Shown: positions 16,640 to 26,698, counted from the first letter of the stretch. The stretch is DNA of 46,130 nt from Limisphaerales bacterium (GCA_044225505.1 JBGAIN010000046.1:1-46130); one strand, 5' to 3'. Numbers and translations are program-made. Notes: generated by a model not told the origin, from the sequence alone.

Positions 16640-19600
16640 TTATGGCAGTAGAACAACGCGGAAGAACCGGACGCCAGCGCTGGGCAGCGTAAATCGAAAC
16701 TCCGTTTGTTCCCCAGTTGCTTGCATTGGGTCACCCAAATTCAGCCATTGCGGCGTCGAGATCGATTCCTTGTATTGAATCTGAAATCGCTGTCCCGTCG
16801 AGCTTGGCCAAGTGGCATTCAGCACGCCGCCAACTGCTTGAACGCTGTTCAGCCGAAGGTCAGTTGCCCAGATATTCTTCGTGGCCGGTGTCGGTTCCGT
16901 TAAGGCGCGGAACGGGAGAGCGGCCCCATCGGGCCAACGCCCCTCGGACTCATCAGGGGTCTGGGGGCCGAAGGTGACTGCGTCGATCGTTGCGCCATTG
17001 GGTGCCGTAAGCACAATGGCTTCTCCAGCGGCATCGAGCTTGAAGTTGACGTGCAGAACGCCATCCCCGTTCGGCCCTTGGGGTGTGCTGTCCGCCCAGA
17101 CCAGCAGGAAGCCGGAAGGGGGAATGATTGTGCCCGGAGGAATCAAGAACTTACGTGGTTCTGTGATGGAGTCACTCAGAGTGAATCCGGATAGATCCGC
17201 AGGCGTTGGGCTCGGGTTAAACAGTTCAAACCAATCGTCGAAATTGCCCGTCGCAGGGTCCGTAATCGTTTCGCGATTGACCGCCATCCATTCGTTAATC
17301 ACGACGTTGGGCGTTGTCGGGTGGGTATTCGCTTGGGCTGGGGTGGGCTGTGGGAAGGTTGCACGTTGCGAAGGAACGCCGTCCGCTGCCCAGCCGATGG
17401 AACTGCCATCGGGCAGACTTGAATAGGCCAGGTAGTCGACGATTTGCGCGCTATCCACCGTGGATCGAACGAGCAGCAGTCTTCCGCTCCCTGGCGCAGG
17501 GCGGAAGTTGGCGTGCCATTCCGACGCCGTCGTCCGTTCAGGGTGCCCATCTAACCACACCAAATGGAATTCACCCGGCGCGAGCTGAGCTTGTTCCGGG
17601 AATCGCCAAGGAATGCTATTTGTTTCGTCGTTGCTCAGGAGCAATGTCGCGAGGGATTCTTGGGTGCTGCCACTGTTATATAGCTCAACCCAAGGACTGA
17701 GATCTCCCGCGGCATCGCGCGGTCCGTTGCGGTTGACCGGGGCGCACTCGTTCAGCCACACCTGCGGCAGAGCCCCCAGAGTGGCCCAGTCTGAGTTGAT
17801 TTCACCGGGCGTGAATTCCACGGGCTTTGGCTTGGGAGGCTGGACGTCCTTGATGAGGGCCAAACTCCAGTCGGCCATCCGAGCCACCAGCCCCAGCGCC
17901 CCCGCGCCGCGATGCACCCAAGCGCTCAACGTGTAGGTCTCTCCGGGGTGCACGAGTGGAACGTCCTGCCACAACGCCCCAGACTCGGTATACCCACCCG
18001 TGGAGGCCACGAGGTGCAGACTGGATTTTCCTTGGTGCTTGGCATCGGGCGTCACGCTGCTTCCGGCCACGTTGGTGGCGATCTGCCAATGGCCCGCCAA
18101 GGGAGTTTCGAAATCTGCGCCGACCAGCAAGTTCGTTCCGGCGCCCGGAGTTGTCCCTTGGGTGAGCCAAAGATCGTCAATGAAAAGGTCTCCGCCAGGA
18201 TTGTCCCGGCGCAACGTCGACGGCCAACCGGTCTGGCCAGGCGGTTGGTAGCGGCCTTTTGTGCTTGTCACTTCGCCCGAGAACGGGAAACGAAATTCGG
18301 GCTGATCCGGAGAGAAGCCAAAGACTAGCGCGTTATTGGTAATAGTCACGATTGCCAACGGGGATCTCTGAACGCCGTTGCCAACGTCAAAGAAGAAGTC
18401 GCCTTCCAAACCCCCACTTTGCCCGGCGCGAAATTCCAGGGAATAGGTCGCGGGCGGGTCGCCAAAGTTGATGTCCAACTTCCAAGGGCCTTCCAGACTT
18501 GTCACATCTCGCGTCGGAGGCAGGCCCGATAGATAAAGCAGCAGGCGCGAGGATCCGGCTTTGCCCGTGACGCTAACGAGCTCCCACTCGGGCGGCGCGC
18601 TGGTGACGCGTGTATCCCAATTCCCGACTCGATTGGGATCATGCGAAGGATCCCGTAATTGCAGGGAAATACCGCCGGCGTTGGCGTGGGGTGGCCATGG
18701 CCATTGGTTGCTATAGGTCAGCTCTGCGATTACGCGGTCACCCATCGGCGTCGCGCCTGGCTTTACAAGGCGAAGGGTTTCGCCCTCAACCGCGAGGCTG
18801 CCCGGAAAAGCTCCCGTGGGCACCACGTCTGCTCCGTATGCATCCCAGAATGCCGTCCGGTCGTGAGTTACGGTTAGATAGCCATTTGGCTTTAGAATCG
18901 TCCCTGGAGGGAAGGTGTAACCTAAGCCATCAATGCGCCAACCGGACAGATCATAAGCGGATATCGGCGAGTTGTTGTAGATCTCGATGAAATCCGCTTC
19001 CGGAACGAGCGGGCGATACATGACTTCGTTGAACACCAAATGGCCATCCGGAGTTTCGACCGCTCCGGTGTAATTCACCTGCAACGTTTTCGCGGCGCCG
19101 ACGGGGCGGCCAGCCGCATCGGTCGCGGCAACCACAAGTCGATTGGACGCAGCATTGAGCGGCACCTCGATTTGCCAGTGCGTTGCATCCAGCCATCGGA
19201 TGGGGTAAGGAACGCCATTGACGCGAATTTCTCGAGCTTGGACCGGCGCTGTACCTTCCAGGAGGTAGGGATTGACCGGCGTGGACACCGTGTTGGAGCC
19301 GCTGCTCAAGGCAAAGGAGTTTTGCGCATCGGCGAGGAATGTCTGAATATTCTTGGCGCGGGCGACAAGGTATCGACTGCCGGCGCCTGGAGCTGTCGGA
19401 GTCAAACCGTTCGCCACCAGTGCGGTGTAGTTCCCATTCAAGACTGGGGTGAAGCGATTCGACGAAAGTGGGCCGGCGGCGGCCTCGCTGAGCTTCCGGT
19501 AATAAACCCGTTGAAAGGCGGGACTGAAAAACATCTGACTGATCGTCGGGTCGATGGTTCCTAACATGTAGGAGTCGGCCGGGTCGGCTGAGTCGCTGGA

Positions 19601-22600
19601 GATGACAAAATCAATGTCCCAGGTGAGCAAGTTCCATTTGCCGTTTTTTGGTTTGTAGGTCGACATGTTTTTGCCGCGGCCGTAGCCGAAGCTGTCCCAG
19701 TTCCCCACGATGTGTTCCATGGCAATGATTCCAAGGTATTCTTCCACATCCATGATGGCTTCCAGACCAAGGGTGAAGTTGTCACCAAAACCTTGTGCCG
19801 CGTCGACCAAGGCAAACAAGTTCCGGTAATCATTGGCCGATTCCGTTACCGCGCGCTTGCGCCAGTTCCAGCGGTAGCGAGCGACTTTCTTGACGCCATC
19901 GGTGGTGGTGAAGTTCTCCAGCGTCGCGTCGCGGTTGTTGAATCCGCTGGCCGAATTGTCGAACTCGAACCAATCGTCAATTTTGTAAAGGTCGCCATTG
20001 TCATCGTCGGGAAAGTACTGGGCGACCATGTTCGAGTTGGGCTGCTGGGCGTCTTCGTAGATGGACGGCCGGCGTGAGCCGTTGACGTAAACAAAGATGA
20101 ATCGCCGGTGGTTGCTAGGAAGACTCATCTGGTCCGCAATCCAGTAGGCCACCTGTTCCATTTGAAGCGAGCTGTCGCGCACCGGCCAATCGAGCTTGAT
20201 TTCCGTTGCCCCCAGGAATGGATCGTCACTCGGAAAATGGACGGCGTACCCACACAGAACGCCGGTGGGGCTGGAGTATCCCGACGCTACAAATGGGCTG
20301 CCTGTATACAGCGACGCTGCGTTATAGACGACTCGTTGATTGTTGTAGACGAAGGTCACGTCCAGAGGCGCGTTGTTCAGTTTTTCGCGAGTCGTCCACT
20401 TGTTTCGCACCGCTTGCGTCATCCAGATGCGATACGTTCCAAAGCTGCCGCCAGGTTGCGATTCTCCGAATCGAACGAGGCATTCCTGGGCCGGTGCGTT
20501 CGCGGGAAAGGTCCCGGATGCGGGTGTCGCCGCCGCGTCCGTTGCCGCCACGTGAAACGCCACCAAAGCTCCGTTAGATTGTCCTGGAATCGTAACACTA
20601 TAGACACCATCTCCCGCGACCAGATCGCCGGCGGTGCCATCGTCGCGCATCGCCACATCCGTGAGCTCGCTCGCTGGATCCAGGCGATAGCGCAACATCA
20701 ACGAACCGAGGCCGTCGGGATCATGCACGCGCGCTGTGACGACCACAGGCTGATCAGCGGCCGGCAGGATCGGGGAGTGGACGACGTCATAAATGGCGGG
20801 AGGCGCGTTCGAAACCAAGCGGCTGTTCGCGCGACCGGGCGTGCCAAGATCAGGAGAGGTTTTCATTCGGCCGGCCGCTTCGAGGTAATTGCCACGCAAC
20901 CGCACCAGGAACTCCGGAAAGCCGCGCAGCCAACGCACTTGAGCCCGAAGGGTCACGACCTGCCCTTCTTTCAAACCCGTCGTGACATTGCCTCGGACTC
21001 GGTTTGCTCCGGGATCGCCACGACTTTCCGCTCGCAGGTGGAGACATTGACTGCCATTGACGCCGGTACCGGGCTCGAGCGTGGAGTCTTTGTGACTGCC
21101 CTGAGTCACCCAAGGGCTTAGCCCATTCTCAAAATCTCCGTTCACCACCATATTGGTGCCCCCTGGCCCGATGACTTCGACGTTATCCACCAGGCATTCG
21201 CCAATCCCTTCCAACAGCAGTTGCACCTGATTAATTCCGTAATTGCTCACCCCCAAGTCGAGGACTCCCGTGTGCTCGATGGTGGTCCAGACTCCTTTCG
21301 CAGTTTCGTCACTGTCCGCCCAATTTGCCGCCAGCGCAGGATTGGCGTGCGGATCGGTCAATTCCAAACTGCTGCCCCCGCCGTCCGACCAGCGTCCCCA
21401 ACGTCCGCCACCAACATATTCGACGCTGGCCACTTCAATCCAAAGGGGCTCTCCAGGCTTGGCCGCGTCCGGGGGATTCTCCGGGCGGGCGAGGGAGACC
21501 CGTTCTCCTCGGCCGGAAAGGTTCCCAGTAAAATCTCCCACGCAGTTTGCCGTTGTCAGGTTGGTGTAGTGCTCTCGCAAACGGACGGCATTTTTCGCAA
21601 CGACGAGATAGGCGCCGGGCGCGATCATCGTTTGACTGGGAAACGTGAAGTTGATCCCAGCGGTGAAGCGCCATCCACCCAGGTCGACAACGGCGGCGCC
21701 TCGGTTGAATAGTTCGACGTATTGGTCCGCATCACCCGAAATCGGATTGAACATGATCTCGTTGATGACAATTCCGCCTGCCGCAGCGCCCTTATTGGCC
21801 GCACCGGGCGATGGGGCTGTCAAGGTGCCTAGCTCGGGAGCCCCGTCGGTCACCCGGCCGAAACCCGAGTTATTCGGCTGCGGTTCGTAGCGAACGGCAT
21901 CGAGAACGCGCGCTTGGCCAGGAGCCAGGAGGTAGATCGTTTCCCCGGAGGAATCTAATCCAAATCCGAGGGTGGTCTGATCCAGGAGGAGGTAGCCTCG
22001 AGGAGGAATAGTGGCGCCCGCAGGAAAGGTGTAGCCTCCGGTGAGTCGATCACTGACGACGCAACCCGCGAGCTCCACGCTCTCATTGCTATGATTGTAA
22101 AGTTCAATGAAATCCGTCGCCGGCGCCGTTGATCGGCTGCGCACCTCGTTGATTACGACTGCGCCAAGTGAGTCTTGGACGATCGGATCCCACCGGCCGG
22201 GCGACCCTCCTTTCCAGCTGCTGGCGCCCCAAGCCTGGACGCTTCCTTCGCCGTAGGAGGGATGAGTCAAGACCAGGGAATGCCCAGCGCCGTCCGCGGA
22301 GACTGGCCAGGGGGGACGGCTATCGTAGGGAACTTCGACCAAAACTGCGCCGATTCGGCTGAGCAGACGCACCGTCTCGTTTCCGTTGTTCAGTGCCCGT
22401 GAATACGGACCGAACACGTTGGTAAGTCCATAGATCAACTCCATGTCCGCTGGAACTCTTGCGACCACCAGAAGCCCACCGGCGGGCACCGTGGTGCCCT
22501 GCGGGAACGTATACTCGACAGCGCCAGACAAACGAAACTCGGACAAATCCGCAAATAGAGTGTGGCTATTGAAGATCTCGATAAACTCCAGGTCGCGACC

Positions 22601-23338
22601 ATCGGCGCGCGATTCCGGGTGGTACATGATTTCCGAAATGGTGAGTCCGCTTCGTCTCGAGGACGGCCCGGGAAGTTCACGCGGGAACGTTGCGGCCGCC
22701 GGCATCGCCCCGGAACCGACGGTCCAGTCTCGGAACGTCGCCGTGGCCATGGTGTTGGTCGCCCAACTCGTGACCGTCAATCCAAGGTAGATCGGTTCGT
22801 TGGTCGATAACGTTGCGCTATCCAATTTTACCCAGGAGCTTCCATCAAGGCTCGCTGCCCCGGTAAATTGGTCTCCTTGGCGCTGCAATCGGAGCCAGGC
22901 TGTCGGGTAATTAGCCGGAAACACCCCGGCTTGGCGTCCTGCTGCCCCGCTGCTCGCTCGCGTCTGGAACATTATCCCTGCGACGTTCGGCGTTGCGAAT
23001 ACACCCGCAAACGGACCGTCCGCATCCAAGCTTGTCCGCGCCACCAATCCGGCCCGGCCAAACAGATCAGGAGTAGAGAGAGATTCGACGCGGACCGCGA
23101 CGTCAAAGTCATTTGTCTCACGAATCCAAGCGAAGTATCCTTGGTCGCGTTTAATCCCGATCCCGCTGCCTGAGCCTGTCAGGACGATACCTCCAGCGGC
23201 GTTTGTTTCCACGGCTCCCTGGAGGATCGGCTCGCCAAGATCGGTTCCCACGAAATTCTGCGCCGCAGCTGCTTTAGGGAACAACAAAACTGCCACGAGC
23301 ACGACCGACATTCGGAGCAACGTATTCATAAATTCCAT
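16640..23338 (-). CDS. Giant exported protein with multiple lamin-tail domains and a CotH kinase-like domain
   Basis: Signal peptide. About six repeats of (I/V)(S/N)E(I/V/W)M..D(F/W)IE(L/I)xN lamin-tail motifs. CotH-type NWDSF..KN..WNLLTWDID. Two NxxxxxDFE carbohydrate-binding-like modules. Ends in RFFRVVLLP. Confidence 0.88.
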   Translation of the reverse strand: MEFMNTLLRMSVVLVAVLLFPKAAAAQNFVGTDLGEPILQGAVETNAAGGIVLTGSGSGIGIKRDQGYFAWIRETNDFDVAVRVESLSTPDLFGRAGLVARTSLDADGPFAGVFATPNVAGIMFQTRASSGAAGRQAGVFPANYPTAWLRLQRQGDQFTGAASLDGSSWVKLDSATLSTNEPIYLGLTVTSWATNTMATATFRDWTVGSGAMPAAATFPRELPGPSSRRSGLTISEIMYHPESRADGRDLEFIEIFNSHTLFADLSEFRLSGAVEYTFPQGTTVPAGGLLVVARVPADMELIYGLTNVFGPYSRALNNGNETVRLLSRIGAVLVEVPYDSRPPWPVSADGAGHSLVLTHPSYGEGSVQAWGASSWKGGSPGRWDPIVQDSLGAVVINEVRSRSTAPATDFIELYNHSNESVELAGCVVSDRLTGGYTFPAGATIPPRGYLLLDQTTLGFGLDSSGETIYLLAPGQARVLDAVRYEPQPNNSGFGRVTDGAPELGTLTAPSPGAANKGAAAGGIVINEIMFNPISGDADQYVELFNRGAAVVDLGGWRFTAGINFTFPSQTMIAPGAYLVVAKNAVRLREHYTNLTTANCVGDFTGNLSGRGERVSLARPENPPDAAKPGEPLWIEVASVEYVGGGRWGRWSDGGGSSLELTDPHANPALAANWADSDETAKGVWTTIEHTGVLDLGVSNYGINQVQLLLEGIGECLVDNVEVIGPGGTNMVVNGDFENGLSPWVTQGSHKDSTLEPGTGVNGSQCLHLRAESRGDPGANRVRGNVTTGLKEGQVVTLRAQVRWLRGFPEFLVRLRGNYLEAAGRMKTSPDLGTPGRANSRLVSNAPPAIYDVVHSPILPAADQPVVVTARVHDPDGLGSLMLRYRLDPASELTDVAMRDDGTAGDLVAGDGVYSVTIPGQSNGALVAFHVAATDAAATPASGTFPANAPAQECLVRFGESQPGGSFGTYRIWMTQAVRNKWTTREKLNNAPLDVTFVYNNQRVVYNAASLYTGSPFVASGYSSPTGVLCGYAVHFPSDDPFLGATEIKLDWPVRDSSLQMEQVAYWIADQMSLPSNHRRFIFVYVNGSRRPSIYEDAQQPNSNMVAQYFPDDDNGDLYKIDDWFEFDNSASGFNNRDATLENFTTTDGVKKVARYRWNWRKRAVTESANDYRNLFALVDAAQGFGDNFTLGLEAIMDVEEYLGIIAMEHIVGNWDSFGYGRGKNMSTYKPKNGKWNLLTWDIDFVISSDSADPADSYMLGTIDPTISQMFFSPAFQRVYYRKLSEAAAGPLSSNRFTPVLNGNYTALVANGLTPTAPGAGSRYLVARAKNIQTFLADAQNSFALSSGSNTVSTPVNPYLLEGTAPVQAREIRVNGVPYPIRWLDATHWQIEVPLNAASNRLVVAATDAAGRPVGAAKTLQVNYTGAVETPDGHLVFNEVMYRPLVPEADFIEIYNNSPISAYDLSGWRIDGLGYTFPPGTILKPNGYLTVTHDRTAFWDAYGADVVPTGAFPGSLAVEGETLRLVKPGATPMGDRVIAELTYSNQWPWPPHANAGGISLQLRDPSHDPNRVGNWDTRVTSAPPEWELVSVTGKAGSSRLLLYLSGLPPTRDVTSLEGPWKLDINFGDPPATYSLEFRAGQSGGLEGDFFFDVGNGVQRSPLAIVTITNNALVFGFSPDQPEFRFPFSGEVTSTKGRYQPPGQTGWPSTLRRDNPGGDLFIDDLWLTQGTTPGAGTNLLVGADFETPLAGHWQIATNVAGSSVTPDAKHQGKSSLHLVASTGGYTESGALWQDVPLVHPGETYTLSAWVHRGAGALGLVARMADWSLALIKDVQPPKPKPVEFTPGEINSDWATLGALPQVWLNECAPVNRNGPRDAAGDLSPWVELYNSGSTQESLATLLLSNDETNSIPWRFPEQAQLAPGEFHLVWLDGHPERTTASEWHANFRPAPGSGRLLLVRSTVDSAQIVDYLAYSSLPDGSSIGWAADGVPSQRATFPQPTPAQANTHPTTPNVVINEWMAVNRETITDPATGNFDDWFELFNPSPTPADLSGFTLSDSITEPRKFLIPPGTIIPPSGFLLVWADSTPQGPNGDGVLHVNFKLDAAGEAIVLTAPNGATIDAVTFGPQTPDESEGRWPDGAALPFRALTEPTPATKNIWATDLRLNSVQAVGGVLNATWPSSTGQRFQIQYKESISTPQWLNLGDPMQATGEQTEFRFTLPSAGVRFFRVVLLP

Positions 23339-23423
23339 ACTGACCTCGGCGCTATGCCGACAAACTGTTCAGACCTTAGACGTGTTCAACGCTGAAATCT
23401 CCCGTTTCCATCTCCTTTTTCCC

Positions 23424-23879
23424 CTAAACGGTCGCGACGCCAGACTCGTCCAACCGCCCGGCGGCGTAGGCCAAAAAGACTGGCCGCATCTCGTCGCGCA
23501 GGAGTCGAAAGCGCGCGAGCTTTTCCTGGTCCGTCCCCGGGAGGAGGACCGGGTCCGAGAATGGCCAATGATGCCGTTGAGTCTGACAGGGAAACACCGG
23601 GCAAAGGGCGTTAGCCTCGTCACAGACCGTGATGACCGTCTCCACAGGCTGATCCATAAACTCGGTCCAGGATTGAGAACGATGCGACGAGATATCCAAG
23701 CCGATCTCTGCCATTACTTGGATTGCCAAAAGGTGGACGTAACCCGCCGGTTGAGACCCGGCACTCTGCACGTTGAGCCAGCCGCGAGTATAATGCCTTA
23801 ACAGCCCTTCGGCCATGGGTCCCCGGCAGGAATTACCCGTGCAAACAATCAAGACGGTCGGTCGATAGCGATTAATCAT
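23424..23879 (-). CDS. arsC: Arsenate reductase, thioredoxin-dependent (LMW-PTP fold)
   Basis: P-loop CTGNSCR, SAGS, resolving cysteines TVCDEANALCPVFP and HWPFSDP. Confidence 0.82.
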   Translation of the reverse strand: MINRYRPTVLIVCTGNSCRGPMAEGLLRHYTRGWLNVQSAGSQPAGYVHLLAIQVMAEIGLDISSHRSQSWTEFMDQPVETVITVCDEANALCPVFPCQTQRHHWPFSDPVLLPGTDQEKLARFRLLRDEMRPVFLAYAAGRLDESGVATV

Positions 23880-24125
23880 CCGCGCAAGTTCCTGATCTGG
23901 CTAATAGTTGCAGATTTATCGGCTGGATCTGAATTATTCAACGCTTTTATCAACCCGGGCCCGTCGCTGTTCTCCAATCGCAGGGGTGATGTCCCCGCGT
24001 CTCCGCTCCGAACAACGTGAACGCCGGGCGAACATGCCGTTTGCGCGCGTCATCCGTTCTAAACAGGTTGAGAACCCGATGAGCCCACGGTCCGGATCCG
24101 ATGAGAACAGCATCGCGATGCTCTG

Positions 24126-24180
24126 CTGATCGAAGGCTGATCGAAGGCTGATCGAAGGCTGATCGAAGGCTGATCGAAGG
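24126..24180. repeat. Perfect tandem repeat, 5 x CTGATCGAAGG (11 bp)
   Basis: Five exact copies read directly from the sequence. Intergenic, between the HDOD gene stop and the arsC start. Confidence 0.98.
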
Positions 24181-24207
24181 AAAAGTGGTGCAAAACCGAG
24201 CGCCGAG

Positions 24208-25416
24208 TCAGGCGAGTGGTTCTAGCCAGTGCTCTTTCACAGCTTGATCCTTAATCTGTTCGAGATCGAGCGACTCGGTTCCGGAGAAGCCTCGCAAATA
24301 CGTCAGGTCGACGGGATTGACCCAGCTCGCGTCGGTCGGGTGGAGCTGATGCGCCAAAATGTTCGCCAGGTAGACGGCTGTAGCTGGTCTAAATCCTTCC
24401 CCTCCAGGCTCATCCCAGGGATTCTCATGCCAGGCAGCGGCGGTCACAACCTGCGACGCCATCCCCCACAGCTCCAGCAGAAATGCGGTGACATCTTCAC
24501 CGGAAGCATAGAGAAGAGATCGTTCGATTTGAGCCAATGGCGCCGGTCGAATCCTGGCGGCCAGGGCCTTACGGTATTCGTCGGGAAAATTGTCCAATAG
24601 TACGAGTCGTCCGGTGTTGTGCAGTAGACCTCCTAAAAAGGCCGCTTCGCTCAAGGTCGCCTCTAATTTCAGTTGTGCGCAGAGGCGCCGGGCGAGAACG
24701 GCGGTGTGGCAGGAGTGCGCCCAGAGCGTTTCGCTGCTCACGGGTTGACGCAGGTTCTGGTAGCGCTCGAGGACGGCGTGGCTGACCACGATGGCTTTGA
24801 CGCGTTCCGTTCCAAGGATCATGACCGCTTGCATCAGATCGGAGACCAGATGCGAGCTGAAAAGCGGCGAGTTTGCCAACCGGAGCAGGGTCGTGCTCAA
24901 GCCGGGATCCTTAGCCAAAAGATCAACGACAGGTCGTAGATTGCTCTCGGCCTGGTCGATCGCCGCAGCGACGGCAAAGTAGACTTTGGGTAGAACGGGC
25001 AAGCCTCGGAGCGCCAGGACGATGCCTGCGATCTGGGGATTGCTCAGACGCGCGCACGCTCGAAAGCCGCGCTGCAAATGAAATCCTAACTCTTCGAACG
25101 CAAACGGCTTGCATAGGTAAACGTGGGCCGACGACGCCGTGGCATTCATGGCCGAAGGAAGGTGCTTTCCCATCCCCACGCGGAGGGTCGTGGGGGCGTA
25201 GGACCGGATTTGCTCGAGTAGATCCGGGAGCGTTCGGTCGGCTAGATGAAGGTCGACGAGCACAGCATCGGGCGTGTGATCTCCGCATGCTTCGATCAGG
25301 TGGCTCGGGCGGTCGAATCGCGTGACTTCCCAGTCCGCCGCGTAAGAGCTCAGAAAATCGCACAAAGCAGCGCGGGTGGCGGCATCCTCCTCCGATACGT
25401 AAATCCGTTTCTGCAT
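24208..25416 (-). CDS. Receiver-domain + HDOD-domain signalling protein
   Basis: Receiver-like N-terminus (IYVSEED, AVLVD, YLCKPF). HDOD motifs LPVLP, DPGLSTTLLRLANSPLF, WAHS, GLLHNTG and WGM. Confidence 0.88.
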   Translation of the reverse strand: MQKRIYVSEEDAATRAALCDFLSSYAADWEVTRFDRPSHLIEACGDHTPDAVLVDLHLADRTLPDLLEQIRSYAPTTLRVGMGKHLPSAMNATASSAHVYLCKPFAFEELGFHLQRGFRACARLSNPQIAGIVLALRGLPVLPKVYFAVAAAIDQAESNLRPVVDLLAKDPGLSTTLLRLANSPLFSSHLVSDLMQAVMILGTERVKAIVVSHAVLERYQNLRQPVSSETLWAHSCHTAVLARRLCAQLKLEATLSEAAFLGGLLHNTGRLVLLDNFPDEYRKALAARIRPAPLAQIERSLLYASGEDVTAFLLELWGMASQVVTAAAWHENPWDEPGGEGFRPATAVYLANILAHQLHPTDASWVNPVDLTYLRGFSGTESLDLEQIKDQAVKEHWLEPLA

Positions 25417-25695
25417 GAAGTCTGTCTCCTGTCTCGCTGAGAAGGTGCTACTCTCGCGGTTTGGGTGCGAGGTCCGCAGCTCCGATCGGGCAGTCAATCC
25501 GGGAGGACCTCAAGAGCCGTTCGCCTGTCAGGTCGTGCAGCAACCACGACCGGCCCAACCCAGATCGACCCGTTCTCACTGATCTTCAGGAATACCACTA
25601 ATTACGAGCGGAACGAAGCGAAAATGAATCGTGGATAGACAGCCAGCCAATGAGCTCTGGAGCCCAATGCTTGGCGGCAGGCCATCGCGCCGGCT

Positions 25696-26493
25696 TTACG
25701 AGCCGGACTTGCGCAGCGTGGCCATGCGCTTGCGGGCGCGCTTGATCCAGAAGCGTTCATGGCGTCGTTCAAATTCCGGCGCGTGCGCATCGTCGGCCAA
25801 GGCTTCCTGCAAGCGGGCGATCGCGGTCTCGCGCTGGCCGTCCGCCAGGTAAAGTTCGGCGAGTTCAACTCGAGCCCGCGTGTAGGAATGCATTTCTACG
25901 ACTCGTTGCCAGGTTTGAATCGCTTTGCCACGGTCTCCGAGCTTTCCGTAGACCTCGGCCAACGCCATCAGGGAGTATCCATAGTCATGGTCTGGACTTT
26001 CCTGGCAGACTTGCTCGAGCCAAGAGAGTCCTTCCTTGGGGCGTCCGAGGCGCAGCAGGCTTTGGCCCAGATGGGCGCGCGTATCGAGGTCGGTAGGATC
26101 ACGCTCTAAGGCGTTCCGGTAACATTTCTCAGCCTCGGCGTATTTGCCTTGCTGAAAGTAGATGTCGCCAAGTTGGGAATGGTGGTGAGCCTTGTCAAGA
26201 TGGTGGATCTGGGCTTGGAGCTCTTTGATGCGGCGTCGGTCAACCGCGCCGGGCAATTCGAAGGAGGGGGCCGAGAGGGAAGCGGCCTGGCGATAAACCA
26301 GAATGAAGTAGAGAATCGCGTTAAAGAGAGGAAATAGAACGATAAACAGGACCCACATCCACTCCTCGCGGCGAATCGCGTCGATGAGCATCCAAAGCTG
26401 AAATAGGACAGCAATCCAGGCTGCTGGAGATCTCAACCACGATTGATAATCTAGCAGGTCTGTAATCCAGAACGCTAAAGTTCCTTCGAGCAT
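25696..26493 (-). CDS. Membrane-anchored tetratricopeptide repeat protein
   Basis: Two N-terminal TM helices (WMLIDAIRR..W), followed by TPR units such as LGDIYFQQGKYAEAEKCYRNALERDP. Confidence 0.88.
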   Translation of the reverse strand: MLEGTLAFWITDLLDYQSWLRSPAAWIAVLFQLWMLIDAIRREEWMWVLFIVLFPLFNAILYFILVYRQAASLSAPSFELPGAVDRRRIKELQAQIHHLDKAHHHSQLGDIYFQQGKYAEAEKCYRNALERDPTDLDTRAHLGQSLLRLGRPKEGLSWLEQVCQESPDHDYGYSLMALAEVYGKLGDRGKAIQTWQRVVEMHSYTRARVELAELYLADGQRETAIARLQEALADDAHAPEFERRHERFWIKRARKRMATLRKSGS

Positions 26494-26698
26494 GGGCGCC
26501 GGCAGGATACCAATCAATTCGAGTTCCGTCTCTAGTTTTTCAGCTCCAAAACGACGGAACCGGCTGGATGGGCACACGGACCCCTGAGGTGCAGGGAGAA
26601 TCACCCTTGAACCATCGAAGGGGGAAGGGGGAGAACTCGCGGAAAACAGCTTGAGTTTGGCAGGACATCTGCTTATTTGACTTGCGCACCCGGACGCC

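Noticed and set aside
20108..21121. 337-aa plus-strand ORF, and many similar antisense ORFs across the window
   Set aside because: They are shadows of well-supported genes on the opposite strand or in other frames, with no recognisable motifs; this is expected at this GC content.
24126..24180. Possible CRISPR array
   Set aside because: The units are 11 bp, head-to-tail, with no spacers, and there are no cas genes in the window.
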